64,000 nucleotides of DNA. It comes from an uncultured bacterium. Its GTDB lineage: Bacteria; Babelota; Babeliae; Babelales; Babelaceae. Location: positions 1,457,902 through 1,521,901 of the forward strand of contig OY970209.1 of the NCBI GenBank assembly GCA_963713855.1, given 5' to 3'. Below are positions 39,264 through 50,477 of the stretch, in pieces. Position 1 is the stretch's first letter. Every line of letters begins with the position of its first letter. The notes below the pieces were generated by a model. That model had not been told where the DNA came from. It saw only the letters and a program-made list of their open reading frames with translations, and searched no databases. Both the position numbers and the translations under genes were made by a program.

Positions 39264-39407
39264 AGACTCTTGTATCTAACCATAAAGTATATCTAATTTG
39301 TTGCTAACAGTCTAATGAAAGAACCCTAAAAAGTCAAAAAAAACATCGCTTAAAAAAGGGTATACTAAGGAAGATCCAGCATCTCATTTTACCTGAAAGG
39401 ACACTGT

Positions 39408-40310
39408 ATGTCTCGCCTCGCGACGTATCTTAAAAACCTCTTGCTAGTCGTTCTTCTGATATCATTTATACGACCTCTTATAAGAGGCATATGGGGACAG
39501 TATAGCAGCCTTGTGGAGCATAAAACCAAAATTGGGGTTGTGGAGATAGACGGAACTATTGCTAATGGCTCAGCCTACGTACCACATTTAAGAAATTTCT
39601 TTAAGGACCCTGAAATTAAAGGACTCGTACTTAAAATAGATTCACCCGGGGGTTCGTCAGGTTCTGCTCAAGCTGTTTTTCAAGAAATTAGCGATCTTAA
39701 AAAGCAGTACAATAAACCAATCATAGCCTTCTGCGAAAATATATGTACATCTGCAGCATACTATATAGCTTGCGCCACAGACTACATCATTACCCAGCCG
39801 TCAACGCTTGTCGGCAATATCGGGGTCTACCTTGCCTATCCTAACTTTCAAGATCTTCTTAAACAGTTACAGGTAAAATACACTGTCATCGAGACCGGAG
39901 ACTATAAAACGGGAGGCCTCTACTTTAAAGACCTTACACCGGCTCAACAAGCCATGTACCAATCAATCACCGATGACACTTATAAGCAGTTTGTCTACGA
40001 CGTGTCGCAGCGACGCCCTAAAGTTGCCTCCAAAGACCCTAAAGAATGGGCGGATGGGAAGACATTCACAGGAAAACAGGGCTTAGAAATCGGACTTGTC
40101 GATGATCTTGGAGCCCAGGCCCTACTTGAAAAAGCTCTACGTGATCGCATCGCAGTAGAGGGCGATATTGAATGGGTACATATACCAAAGCCAAGCATGT
40201 TTTCAAAATTATTTGGCACAGAAGAAAATAATAACGGAGAGACATTTATGGCCGCGATTGGTAGTAAACTTATGAATACTTTTTTTGCCCTAAAGCCAGT
40301 GCAATTATAA
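39408..40310 (+). CDS. sppA: Signal peptide peptidase SppA (S49)
   Basis: IDSPGGS, TSAAYYIA, GNIGV, GDYK. Confidence 0.9.
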   Translation: MSRLATYLKNLLLVVLLISFIRPLIRGIWGQYSSLVEHKTKIGVVEIDGTIANGSAYVPHLRNFFKDPEIKGLVLKIDSPGGSSGSAQAVFQEISDLKKQYNKPIIAFCENICTSAAYYIACATDYIITQPSTLVGNIGVYLAYPNFQDLLKQLQVKYTVIETGDYKTGGLYFKDLTPAQQAMYQSITDDTYKQFVYDVSQRRPKVASKDPKEWADGKTFTGKQGLEIGLVDDLGAQALLEKALRDRIAVEGDIEWVHIPKPSMFSKLFGTEENNNGETFMAAIGSKLMNTFFALKPVQL

Positions 40311-40318
40311 CGCCAAAG

Positions 40319-41185
40319 CTACTTCTTCTTGGCATTATTTTGAGCACCAGCACCGTATTCAGCTCCCCGAGCTAGAACCAGGCAATAAGGAATTTCTCTA
40401 AAATTAACGAGCGGCGACAGAACTAAGACCTGCTGAAAGTGCTCTTCGCTAAAATCTTTAATGCTGCCCAGACCAAACCCCTTGGGAAAGACTTTTCCCT
40501 GGCCACTAGAAAGCACAAGGTTCCCCTTTTTAACTCGTTTTTGCAAGGCTCCTTCATGTTCAGAAAGATGGGGTAACTGTAGTCTTGTTTTCATATAATC
40601 AAGTGTACCACAGCCCTCATTCATACCCTCATCATATGAGCCTTCACATAAGGCTGCAACCTTGCAGCTTGGGTCAGTAATAAGAACAATACGGCTATAT
40701 GATGGGTATACTTCACTTACGCGACCTAAAAGGCAATTTTTATACACTGCGACCATGTTTGTTGTGATGCCACGATTGTGTCCCGCATCGATAAGAAAAA
40801 AGTGGGAGTGTGGCGAAAATTGCTTTAAAATAACTTGAGCAATAACACCATTATCATACGTATATCTCTTTTTAAACTCAACCAATTCGTCAATATTTCG
40901 ATACGCATCCAAGAGGCTCGTAAGCTCTATATTTTCCTTGATGATTTCCTCACGTTCTCTCGAGTACCGCTCACACAAGCTTGTAAGATCTTTATGGCTC
41001 TTAAAAAAGAAACATGCCTTATCGACGCAATCAACGCAGTAGTGCTGAAGAGCAATAAAAGGGTATACCATGCGCGAAAGTAAAGAATCAACAGTACCAA
41101 TTTTAACCTGCGCCCCCCAAGAAAAGGCATAAAGAGAAGCCGCTATAAGAAACACTCGGATAAAATGGGTAGCCAGAATTTTCAT
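40319..41185 (-). CDS. mreC: Rod shape-determining protein MreC
   Basis: Coiled coil, IDAG..GI, LLGRVSEV, LITDP, SSG.GKVFPKG; start chosen at ATG 41185. Confidence 0.85.
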   Translation of the reverse strand: MKILATHFIRVFLIAASLYAFSWGAQVKIGTVDSLLSRMVYPFIALQHYCVDCVDKACFFFKSHKDLTSLCERYSREREEIIKENIELTSLLDAYRNIDELVEFKKRYTYDNGVIAQVILKQFSPHSHFFLIDAGHNRGITTNMVAVYKNCLLGRVSEVYPSYSRIVLITDPSCKVAALCEGSYDEGMNEGCGTLDYMKTRLQLPHLSEHEGALQKRVKKGNLVLSSGQGKVFPKGFGLGSIKDFSEEHFQQVLVLSPLVNFREIPYCLVLARGAEYGAGAQNNAKKK

Positions 41186-41457
41186 TTTAAAAGTCTTAAC
41201 TAAATGAGCCTTACTATGAGTAGCATACTGACTTATTTTTCCACTTGCAAACATGCTCGTTTCCCTTGCTTCTTTTTTTAGTATACTTTTCGACAATGAA
41301 GATCTGCTTCAAGAAAAAATTTGATTTAAGAAAATTCTTTCTCTGGGTACTCAAAATTTGCTAAAGTACTACTATAGATAAATAACACAAAATCACGAGG
41401 CAAATTATTACAAACATAAAGAATAGATTTTAGTTAGGATTATAGTTTACTAAAAAG

Positions 41458-42855
41458 GTGCTTATGGTCCGTAAAGACAATCCCAAATTTATTATTCTGG
41501 ATACAAATGTTTTTGTAGAAAACCCCGAAGCTCTCTTAGGATTTGAAAACGATCAGATAGTAATACCGATCGTTGTCCTTGAAGAGCTTGACCGCCTAAA
41601 AACTGAGTCTTCATTTAGAGGAAGGAATGCGCGAGAAGCTATACGCGCGCTTGACGCTCTTCGGAGTGAGGGTTCTTTAAAAGATGGGGTGCGCTTAAGT
41701 AATGGAAGCGTGGTAAAAGTTACTTTACCGCCTTCGGACCACTTCTTCCAAAAAGAGATTCTGGAAAGGACTGCGGACAATGAGATACTCAACATAGCAA
41801 AGTCCATGCAAGAACAGGGCGCAACGGTAGAGCTTATTTCAAAAGACATTAACTTGCGCGTGAAAGCGGACGCTTTAGGTATTCCAGCGCATGACTACAG
41901 AGCAAATCTCGTAAATGAAGCAACTATTTATCGCGGTTGGCGAATACTCGAAACTTCAGCTTTCCAACTAAAAAAAGAAAACCCTGAGATTTTGCTAGAA
42001 ACGCATAAGGAGCATCCGTTCACCGTTAATGAGTTTGCCCTCGTACAAAGTATGCACAATGCGTTCAACGCTCGAGCATTCATATACAAAGGTGGAGACC
42101 GGTTTCAAGCAGTGCAAGTACCTGATCTTAAATGGTCTTTACAGCCACGAAATATTCAACAAAGAATCGCTCTTGATCTCCTTTTTGATGAGACTATTAA
42201 GCTCATAACACTCGTAGGCTCGGCTGGTACAGGTAAAACCTTTTTAGCACTCGTAGCTGCGTTACACGAGGTGTTAGTGCATGAAAATTATGAAAAGGTA
42301 CTGATTACAAGACCTGTCATTCCGTTAGGCCCTGACATTGGGTACTTACCAGGCGATGTACGCGAAAAACTCTTTACCTGGATGCAACCCATATACGACA
42401 ACATGGACTTCATAGTACACGCCTCCCATACCACTCAAAAGCACCTCGGGCTCTATAAAGAAGAACAAGCCGATAGAAGCAAATACAAAAAAAGAAAGCT
42501 ATCAAGAGAAGCTAATTTACCTACGCTTGATGAACTCATAGCAAGACACAAAATAAGCCTTGAAGCAATCACCTATATGCGCGGTAGATCCATACCGTAT
42601 CAGTTTATAATCATCGATGAAGCTCAAAATTTAACGCCACACGAAGTAAAAACTCTCATTAGCCGCGTTGGTGAAGGAAGCAAAGTCGTATTAACTGGTG
42701 ACCCATATCAGATTGACGCACCACACTTAGACTTTAGCAACAACGGACTCGTAATTACAACCGAGCGCTTTAAAGGTCAATCCATATTTGGAACAGTGTT
42801 TCTGGAAACAACGGAACGAAGCGAACTCAGTAGACTTGCAGCAACACTTTTATAG
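41458..42855 (+). CDS. PIN + PhoH-like ATPase
   Basis: LDTNV PIN domain; GSAGTGKT, GYLPG, MRGRS, DEAQN, GDPYQID. Confidence 0.9.
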   Translation: MLMVRKDNPKFIILDTNVFVENPEALLGFENDQIVIPIVVLEELDRLKTESSFRGRNAREAIRALDALRSEGSLKDGVRLSNGSVVKVTLPPSDHFFQKEILERTADNEILNIAKSMQEQGATVELISKDINLRVKADALGIPAHDYRANLVNEATIYRGWRILETSAFQLKKENPEILLETHKEHPFTVNEFALVQSMHNAFNARAFIYKGGDRFQAVQVPDLKWSLQPRNIQQRIALDLLFDETIKLITLVGSAGTGKTFLALVAALHEVLVHENYEKVLITRPVIPLGPDIGYLPGDVREKLFTWMQPIYDNMDFIVHASHTTQKHLGLYKEEQADRSKYKKRKLSREANLPTLDELIARHKISLEAITYMRGRSIPYQFIIIDEAQNLTPHEVKTLISRVGEGSKVVLTGDPYQIDAPHLDFSNNGLVITTERFKGQSIFGTVFLETTERSELSRLAATLL

Positions 42856-42866
42856 CATGAAATAGT

Positions 42867-42901
42867 GAGCACGAGAGCTTTTTGACAGAACTCTCGTGCT
42901 C
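42867..42901 (+). terminator. Hairpin downstream of the PhoH-like gene
   Basis: GAGCACGAGAG...CTCTCGTGCTC 11-bp stem; no strong U tract. Confidence 0.5.
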
Positions 42902-42999
42902 GTCTTCACCTGAACGAATAAAACTATACTTTTTCTTTTACATGTGCCATAAAAAAAAAGAATAATTAACAGAATTGTTTATTATTCGGAGGCACATCT

Positions 43000-44046
43000 A
43001 TGAACAAGTTCGCATTCTATTTCGTCTCATTATTTTGCTTTGGTTCTACACAACTTAACTTTGCTAGTGATTACCTATTAAGAGCGTATGATTGGGTCAA
43101 AGATTATGCACAAGCAAGTGCTCTTTGCCAACAACATTGGCAACTGCTTGGCGAGAACGACAGTTTTTGTTCGCACACGTTTGAAAAATATCTTTATGCA
43201 ATTACTTTTCCATTCACACTTCCGGAATTCAGCCTCGAGGCTTTAGTTCTAGAAAGTCAAGGAGAATTAATAGGCCTTTGTATTTATCAGGTGACTCCAA
43301 AAGGCCTTTCGGCTGAGAATATGAACTTCATGGAAATGAGCTACATAATAATTGATACAAAATATCAAAGACAGGGATATGCTTCAGCGTTATTTGATGG
43401 GGTTAAAGCTGATCTTTTAGAACAAGGCTGCAAAACCGTTTTTGCGAGGGTGCAAGAAACAAATATACCAGCTATCGCATGGCACACAAAACAAGGCTTT
43501 GTAGATGTTGAAGAAGAATCTAATGACGGCCTAGAACAAACTCACTACCTTCACGCTAAAAGCTATGGATATAGGTTCATGAAGTTAGTGCTTGCGCCAA
43601 AATCCAAAAGCCGCCATAAATCCCTCGATTCTGAAACATTGCTATCTTTGAAAACTCAGCTTCGAATGCGAGCTGAAGTGGATAAGATAACACTTGATCG
43701 ACAAACTCGTATTATTAAACATGCTTCCGTGCTCTTTCATCCTCTCATTGAGGTAAATGGGCTCAATTGTGCTCAATTTTTTAAAATGGCACGTTATTAC
43801 ATAAATGCTTCAAGTGATGCAAACAAAACAATGGCGTATATTGTGTATTTGATGAGGCATCCTTTGAACGACGAAGAGGAAGCAACTTTTGCTGAAATTT
43901 TTGGACTTATCGATATATACATCAATCTCGTCAACGAGTTTCGCAAACAGAATAAAGAACTCTCGTTTGATGAGGCTTTAAAAATGGCTGACGCCGCTTA
44001 CCACAAAGATAAAAAGTCCCTAGAATCAGAGGGCATCTTGTTATAG
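43000..44046 (+). CDS. Secreted GNAT acetyltransferase-domain protein
   Basis: YQRQGYASAL, NIPAIAWHTKQGF; signal peptide. Confidence 0.7.
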   Translation: MNKFAFYFVSLFCFGSTQLNFASDYLLRAYDWVKDYAQASALCQQHWQLLGENDSFCSHTFEKYLYAITFPFTLPEFSLEALVLESQGELIGLCIYQVTPKGLSAENMNFMEMSYIIIDTKYQRQGYASALFDGVKADLLEQGCKTVFARVQETNIPAIAWHTKQGFVDVEEESNDGLEQTHYLHAKSYGYRFMKLVLAPKSKSRHKSLDSETLLSLKTQLRMRAEVDKITLDRQTRIIKHASVLFHPLIEVNGLNCAQFFKMARYYINASSDANKTMAYIVYLMRHPLNDEEEATFAEIFGLIDIYINLVNEFRKQNKELSFDEALKMADAAYHKDKKSLESEGILL

Positions 44047-44184
44047 CGGTGGCCATGATAAACATCTAAGGCTAGCTACAAAAAATGCGCGAAAAATTCG
44101 ATAAACCATTGCTTCTCAATAGACAAATTGCTAGTACTATTCTATATCTGAATATTTTACATGAATATTTTTGAAAGGTGATCG

Positions 44185-45267
44185 ATGAAAAAAATCTTAC
44201 TTTGTTCACTTAGTGTACTAGTGCTTACGGGTGCAATATGTGATTCCGTATTTGCAAACCAAGACTCCACCTCTGCTAAACCCGGTTCAAAAGCTTTATG
44301 TAAAGGTGAAACTTGCGTCTATGAACGATCAAGCAATGACTCGCTTGAAAAAATGGTTTACGAAACCGCAACAAAAGATCCAAAATTCTTATCTTGGTTG
44401 GTTGCGCGCGGCCATGCAGCTCTTATTAAAACACTTCTCGAGCATGGCTTTAAGCCATCAAAAGAAAACCTAGTTCATCTAGCAGCAATTAACAATAGAG
44501 TTGATGTGCTTAAAGTGCTCAAAGACGCAGCATTTGACATTGACTTGAAAGATGAAGACGACCTAAAACCAATCCATAAAGCAGCGCAGCACGGTGCTGT
44601 TGAGGCTATGCAATGGCTCATTGCTAACGGTGTAGACATTGACACTCTCGTACGAGAAGGCTTGGAACGAGTATCCCCAGTCTACTTAGCCGCTGAAAAC
44701 CATGAATGGGATACTGTTCGATGGCTTCTAGAAAACGGCGCTAGTCCATACGTTATAAAAGACGGCTATTCATTGTTAGACCTTGCCGTTAGGAACGACA
44801 GACCTGATATCGTTGAGTTGGCACTCAAAAAAGGCGCCATTTGGAGCAATGATACACTTGAAATAGCAGTCTACCAAAATATAGTACCGATCGCAAAAAT
44901 TCTTCTTTCCCATGAAGCTAATTCTAGCATAACTCCCGGTGGGCTTAACACCGCTTTTAGCGACGCGGTACATCACGGCAATCTTGAGATGGCAGCGCTA
45001 CTTCTTGACCATGGAGCAAATGTAGATACCATAGACGCTTCAGGCTTTACATCCCTTTATTGGGCTATTTTTAATGACCAAACCGAAATGGTTGAGCTTC
45101 TTATTAAGCATAATGCAAACGTTAATCTAGCAACAGTTTACAGCGCGCCGCTTTCACACGCAAAATCTAGAGGCAACGAGGCGATTATTGATTTATTAAA
45201 AAAACACGGTGCTGTTGAAGTTCCGTGGGGGAAAAAATCGTCTGGAGATCGAAAGCCGCAAAATTAA
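44185..45267 (+). CDS. Ankyrin repeat protein
   Basis: Multiple LHxAA...LL..GA.V repeats. Confidence 0.9.
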   Translation: MKKILLCSLSVLVLTGAICDSVFANQDSTSAKPGSKALCKGETCVYERSSNDSLEKMVYETATKDPKFLSWLVARGHAALIKTLLEHGFKPSKENLVHLAAINNRVDVLKVLKDAAFDIDLKDEDDLKPIHKAAQHGAVEAMQWLIANGVDIDTLVREGLERVSPVYLAAENHEWDTVRWLLENGASPYVIKDGYSLLDLAVRNDRPDIVELALKKGAIWSNDTLEIAVYQNIVPIAKILLSHEANSSITPGGLNTAFSDAVHHGNLEMAALLLDHGANVDTIDASGFTSLYWAIFNDQTEMVELLIKHNANVNLATVYSAPLSHAKSRGNEAIIDLLKKHGAVEVPWGKKSSGDRKPQN

Positions 45268-45320
45268 TATTTCTTGAGACACATTAGAAGGGAAAGGGCA
45301 TACCTGTCCTCTTTTTATGC

Positions 45321-45950
45321 TTACAGCTCTTCTATAAAGTGCCTGAATGCGTAAGCTGCCAAGAAGGCGCCAAGAAACGCTCCACCTACGTATAATCCTA
45401 CGTCATTCCATACAACTGGAATCCCCTTTAGTAAGCTGAAAAATGCTGCACCAAGGGCTACAGCCGGGTTAAAGAGCCCGCCTGAGATAGGACCTCCTAG
45501 CATTGAAAGAGCCGGAATGGTAAATCCTATGGCAAAGCCAAAAATCTGGTTGCCGCGATACTTGTCCGATGTGGCCATGGTAAGAACGATGAGAGCAAAA
45601 ACAAACGACAGAAGAACTTCCACAAGAAAGGCTTGCCAGAAGCTTACACCAACAGAAGGGGCAGGAATAACTACGTGACCCTTAAGAAACGATGTTGTCA
45701 GAAAAGCAAGAAAGCCACCAAGTACTTGAGCAATTATGTAACTTGGCACTAAGTCCCAACGTAACCGGCCTCTTAGCGCAATTGCAAATGAAAGCATCGG
45801 GTTATAATGTGAACCTGAAACATTGCTACCAATGTATATCCACGCCATAAGCATTGACGCTATAGCAAAAGGATTTGCTGTCGCAGCAATGGTAAGAATA
45901 AAAAAGAACGTACCTAAAAACTCCATTATTTGTCGTTTCATAGACTTCAC
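45321..45950 (-). CDS. MIP family channel (aquaporin-like)
   Basis: EFLGTF, SGSHYNPM, SGGLFNPA. Confidence 0.85.
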   Translation of the reverse strand: MKSMKRQIMEFLGTFFFILTIAATANPFAIASMLMAWIYIGSNVSGSHYNPMLSFAIALRGRLRWDLVPSYIIAQVLGGFLAFLTTSFLKGHVVIPAPSVGVSFWQAFLVEVLLSFVFALIVLTMATSDKYRGNQIFGFAIGFTIPALSMLGGPISGGLFNPAVALGAAFFSLLKGIPVVWNDVGLYVGGAFLGAFLAAYAFRHFIEEL

Positions 45951-46049
45951 CTTGCGTAAGAAAATATCGATGCACTAGTGCATACTAACACCAACACTGT
46001 CAAAGCGCAATGCAAAAACTGACAAACTTCTTAAGTTCTGGGAAGCATA

Positions 46050-46283
46050 CGCCTACGCGGCGAGCGCAAGGGCAGACGCCCTTGACCCAGGCTTTATGAC
46101 CTTGACCCACACCCTTATTAAACTTTTTACGTAGATTTAATATACCAGAAAGGGGTTCCCTTTCTGGTATATGTGCTAATGAGATAGACCGGAAAATCCG
46201 GTCTATCTCATACACAATAAATATGTAACATGCAAAACAAGCAACAGGTGCAGGACAATGTCCTGCCGCTCGCCGCGTAGGCG
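46050..46283. repeat. Palindrome-rich intergenic element with 17-bp terminal inverted repeats
   Basis: CGCCTACGCGGCGAGCG / CGCTCGCCGCGTAGGCG plus four internal hairpins. Confidence 0.8.
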
Positions 46284-46332
46284 CCTATTTCTCTTTGCCT
46301 TACTTTTTAGGGACTTTATCTAGAATGCAGCA

Positions 46333-49300
46333 CTAGAATTTAACGCCTAAGGCAATTTCGACCCCATGCTTTTCAAGCCCAAGGCCGATGCTATTTGAAA
46401 ACGCTATAGTATCTTGCGTCGTAATTTTAAGGTGCTTATCATTTTCTTTGAAAGCAACATGCAGCTTAATTTTGCCGGGCGTGAGTAATGCTTTGAGTTG
46501 TTCAAGAAACGGCATATCCATAAGCGCAGGAAGCTTTAGGGTGAGAGATTCTATGCAATACCCATCACGTAGTACAAGATCTAGTGGAATGAGCGATTGA
46601 GCTTTAATTTTACATACATCAGACGAACTTGTATCAACAACACCCTCTATTAAAAACACGCTATAGTCGCGAAGCCAACCAGAGACTTTCTCATAAAGGC
46701 GCGGGAATATAACAATCTCAGCTGTAGCTGATTTGTCTTGACACTGCACAAATGCCATCGGCTCACCTTTTTTAGTCGTAAGAAGGCGGCTTGACTTTAA
46801 AAGCCCGCAAGCAAGAATCCGGCTTTCGGGAGAAAGACCGGCGTTAAAAGGCTGCATGGAAAACCAAGACAAATAGCGTGCGTAACTATCAAGAGGATGC
46901 GCCGTTAAAAAGACACCAAGTACCTCTTTTTCACGCTCGAGCTTGATACGCTCTGGCCATTCATCCTGTAACGCAAATTCATACACGTCTTCAACAACTT
47001 GCTCATTAGACGAGAAAGAAACATCAAAAAGCCCCATTTGGCCCGTTGCTAAAGCCTTCTTTTTTTCAATTGCTCTATCAATTATTTTAGGCAGCTCATC
47101 ATATTTTTGCGAACGATGTCCCGGCAAGGTATCGCATGCGCCCGATGCAATAAGACTTTCGATCACCCGCTTATTGCAACTACGCATATCGATGCGTGAA
47201 CAAAAATCGAGCATGTGCTTAAATTTTCCTGCTCGAGCACGTTCTTGAAGAATAGTATCTAAAGCTGCACCGCCCACATTTTTTATGCCCTGAAGACCGA
47301 ATAAAATAGCACCATCGATAACATCAAACTCTGTGCCAGATGCATTAATATCAGGAGGTAAAATGCGAATGCTATCAGTCTTTGCTTCTTCTAAATACGT
47401 CGCCATCTTATCCCCATCGGATGACTCCAATGATATAAGGCATGCCATAAATTCTGCAGTATAGCGGGCCTTTAGATATGCTGTTTGATAGGCTATCAGA
47501 GCATATGCAGCTGAGTGTGATTTATTAAAACCATAACCCGCAAAATACGCCATAAGTTCAAAAAGTTGCTCAGCTTTTTCTGTATCAAAACCAGCTTTTT
47601 GTGCACCATGTACAAATGTCGCCTTTTGCTTTGCCATCTCCTCAGCTTTTTTCTTGCCCATGGCTCTCCGGAGAATATCTGCCTCTCCAAGACTGTAGCC
47701 TCCAATGAGCGAAGCAATTTTCATAACCTGCTCTTGGTAAACAATGACGCCATAGGTGTCTTTTAAAAGAGGCTCAAGCTCCGGAAAAATATATGTAATA
47801 GGCTGGCGCCCATGCTTTCGCTCTATAAAATCATCAACCATGCCTGAACCAAGAGGTCCGGGCCGATATAAAGCGTTAACAGCGATAATATCCTCAAACG
47901 TGTGTGGTTTTAGCCTACGTAACACATCGCGAATACCTTCAGATTCTAACTGAAACACGCCCGAGGTATCACCTTTACATAAAAGTTGATACGTTAAAAC
48001 ATCATCCAATGGTAGACGAGCCATATCAATGGTAATGTTCCAATTTTTTTCAATAAGCGCTACTGCACGCTGAATGAGCGTTAAGTTTTTAAGACCGAGA
48101 AAATCCATCTTAAGAAAACCAAGACTCTCAAGCTCAGTCATTGCGTATTGCGTCACTAAATCAGTTGTACGAGGAGGCACGTAGACAGGCAAAACGTCAC
48201 AAATAGGGTCAGGTGAAATAACGATGCCTGCTGCATGCTTAGAAGCATGGCGGGTTAATCCTTCAAGCCTAAAAGCGAGATCAAACATTTTTGCAACTTG
48301 CGGGTTGCTTTCGACAAGCTTTTTAAGTTGGGGTTCACTTTCAAGAGCTTCTTTAAGTGTTACCTTGAGCTGATCCGGTATTAAATCAGTCAAAGCATTA
48401 GAGTCTTCAAAAGGAATACCGAGTGCTCGAGCGACGTCCTTTATAACGCCCTTTGCCATCATGGTACCGAACGTAATAATTTGACAAACTTTGTCAGCCC
48501 CATATTTTTGACGCACATACTGTATAACGCGGTCTCTACCTTCAATGCAAAAATCGATATCGATATCAGGCATACTCACGCGTTCAGGATTAAGAAAGCG
48601 CTCAAAGAGCAGGTTATACTTAAGCGGATCAATATCAGTTATTTGTAATGCCCAGGCAACCAAAGAACCAGCTACCGAGCCACGACCTGGGCCCACTGGT
48701 ATATTGTTAGTTTTTGCCCACTGTATGAAATCGCTCACTACTAAAAAATACCCTATATACCCCATTGTCGCTATGAGATCACACTCAAGATATAAACGAT
48801 CCCAGTAGGCTTGAGCCTCTACATGCGAAATACGCTCATGAGCTATAAGACTTTCGAGGCCTTGAACACACAAAGCTTTAAAATAAGAGCCCTCTGTATG
48901 CTCTTTTGGAATTTCAAATTGGGGGAAAAAAAGCTTACCCGATTCAAATTCAAAATTACACCGGTCCGCAATAGCACCACTCGTCCATAAAGCCTCTTCA
49001 TGGCCAGGAAAAGCCTCAAGCATCTCTTCCATAGAACGCAGATGTACCCGACACTCTCCAAACGTAAAACGATCGGGGTCAGAGATTTTATGATGCGTTT
49101 GAATTGCAAGCATCACCTCATGAGCTTCCCTATCTTCAGCAGAAACATAATGACAGTCACCGGTCGCTACAACAGCCACACCCTTGTCTTTACTTAATTG
49201 CCAGATACTATCGTTGAGTATCTGTTGTTCTTTTTGGTCTTCGGGTTGTACCTCTAAATAAAAACGTTCAGGACCAAAAACACGCAAATACCAATCGGTC

Positions 49301-49767
49301 CATTTATGGGCTTCTTCGTGATATCCTTGCATGAGCAATGTCGGTATATGCCCCCCAAGACAGGCAGAGGTTACGATAAGGCCTTTAGAATGAGCTTCAA
49401 GCATCTTATAATCGATACGAGGCTTAAAATAAAAACCATCTGTATACGCAAAGGCAATAAGCTTACACAGATTTTTATAACCTTCAGCATTTTCTACAAG
49501 AACTATAAGGTGATAATACTTATTAGATGAATCTTTTATACGAGCATCTTCAGTAAGATAAGCCTCCATACCCAAAACAGGCTTTATTCCAGCTTTCTTG
49601 CAGTGTTGAAAAAACTTAACAGCTCCAAAAATATTACCGTGGTCGCTCATAGCAAGCGCTTTGAATTTATGCTGCAATCCAAAAGCTACAAGCTTCTCCA
49701 CGCTGATAGCTCCATCAAGAAGCGAATAGTCAGTGTGAACATGTAAATGGGTAAAGTGGCTTTGCAT
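46333..49767 (-). CDS. dnaE: DNA polymerase III alpha subunit
   Basis: HLHVHTDYSLLDG, GPGRGS, PDIDIDF, GFNKSH. Confidence 0.98.
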   Translation of the reverse strand: MQSHFTHLHVHTDYSLLDGAISVEKLVAFGLQHKFKALAMSDHGNIFGAVKFFQHCKKAGIKPVLGMEAYLTEDARIKDSSNKYYHLIVLVENAEGYKNLCKLIAFAYTDGFYFKPRIDYKMLEAHSKGLIVTSACLGGHIPTLLMQGYHEEAHKWTDWYLRVFGPERFYLEVQPEDQKEQQILNDSIWQLSKDKGVAVVATGDCHYVSAEDREAHEVMLAIQTHHKISDPDRFTFGECRVHLRSMEEMLEAFPGHEEALWTSGAIADRCNFEFESGKLFFPQFEIPKEHTEGSYFKALCVQGLESLIAHERISHVEAQAYWDRLYLECDLIATMGYIGYFLVVSDFIQWAKTNNIPVGPGRGSVAGSLVAWALQITDIDPLKYNLLFERFLNPERVSMPDIDIDFCIEGRDRVIQYVRQKYGADKVCQIITFGTMMAKGVIKDVARALGIPFEDSNALTDLIPDQLKVTLKEALESEPQLKKLVESNPQVAKMFDLAFRLEGLTRHASKHAAGIVISPDPICDVLPVYVPPRTTDLVTQYAMTELESLGFLKMDFLGLKNLTLIQRAVALIEKNWNITIDMARLPLDDVLTYQLLCKGDTSGVFQLESEGIRDVLRRLKPHTFEDIIAVNALYRPGPLGSGMVDDFIERKHGRQPITYIFPELEPLLKDTYGVIVYQEQVMKIASLIGGYSLGEADILRRAMGKKKAEEMAKQKATFVHGAQKAGFDTEKAEQLFELMAYFAGYGFNKSHSAAYALIAYQTAYLKARYTAEFMACLISLESSDGDKMATYLEEAKTDSIRILPPDINASGTEFDVIDGAILFGLQGIKNVGGAALDTILQERARAGKFKHMLDFCSRIDMRSCNKRVIESLIASGACDTLPGHRSQKYDELPKIIDRAIEKKKALATGQMGLFDVSFSSNEQVVEDVYEFALQDEWPERIKLEREKEVLGVFLTAHPLDSYARYLSWFSMQPFNAGLSPESRILACGLLKSSRLLTTKKGEPMAFVQCQDKSATAEIVIFPRLYEKVSGWLRDYSVFLIEGVVDTSSSDVCKIKAQSLIPLDLVLRDGYCIESLTLKLPALMDMPFLEQLKALLTPGKIKLHVAFKENDKHLKITTQDTIAFSNSIGLGLEKHGVEIALGVKF

Positions 49768-49922
49768 AGAAGCTTTTGTAAAATGGTTATAGCGATACCA
49801 GAAATTCTCTCAAAACTATCGAATTGATAGACGTTTTGAACTAAGCCTCAAGTCTTAAACCTTCAGGTATGTTTAGCTTACCATATTTCTCATAGCTTGC
49901 ACATTTGGACAACAAAGGTTTC

Positions 49923-50477
49923 TTATAAAAGCGTAGCCTCTAAAACTATGACATTATTGCCCTCTATCGAGAGCGTATAGGATACACCATTATGGGGCAC
50001 AATGCGAGTGCTCGCATAAATGGGAACGTTGATTTGACGCACTGCACGTCCTTTTCCAGCAAAGATCGGACCAGACTGAACGGTAATATTTTTATGACCA
50101 ATAACCTTACTGGTTTTGATGTCGTAGGATGGAGACTGCTCAAAGTCATAGACCGTATACCCGTACCGATCTTTTTCGAGCACCGCTAGGTCAGGCAGAG
50201 ATACTTTTAAAGAGTCTCCATTTTGAAGCGTAAAAATGCTGGGTGGCAAAGTTAATTGCTTGGGGCTGAATTGCTCGCTGCTTACAGTTCCTGACCTCCA
50301 AGACGCTTCTCCTTGAGACACAGTATATTCTTTTTGAGCCAAAGGCTTGAAATGAATGGTTTGAGCTATGATTGCGGTACCGTCGATTGTGCCACCCGTT
50401 TTATTTACTATGGAAAACTCACGCGCATAAAGCGTAGAACCTAGAATATAAAATGTAAGGGCTATATATTTTTTCAT
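49923..50477 (-). CDS. Secreted hypothetical protein
   Basis: MKKYIAL signal peptide after AGGA RBS. Confidence 0.55.
   Translation of the reverse strand: MKKYIALTFYILGSTLYAREFSIVNKTGGTIDGTAIIAQTIHFKPLAQKEYTVSQGEASWRSGTVSSEQFSPKQLTLPPSIFTLQNGDSLKVSLPDLAVLEKDRYGYTVYDFEQSPSYDIKTSKVIGHKNITVQSGPIFAGKGRAVRQINVPIYASTRIVPHNGVSYTLSIEGNNVIVLEATLL

Noticed and set aside
46388..49530. Many short ORFs antisense to or nested in dnaE and other long genes
   Set aside because: Alternative-frame shadows with no recognisable motifs
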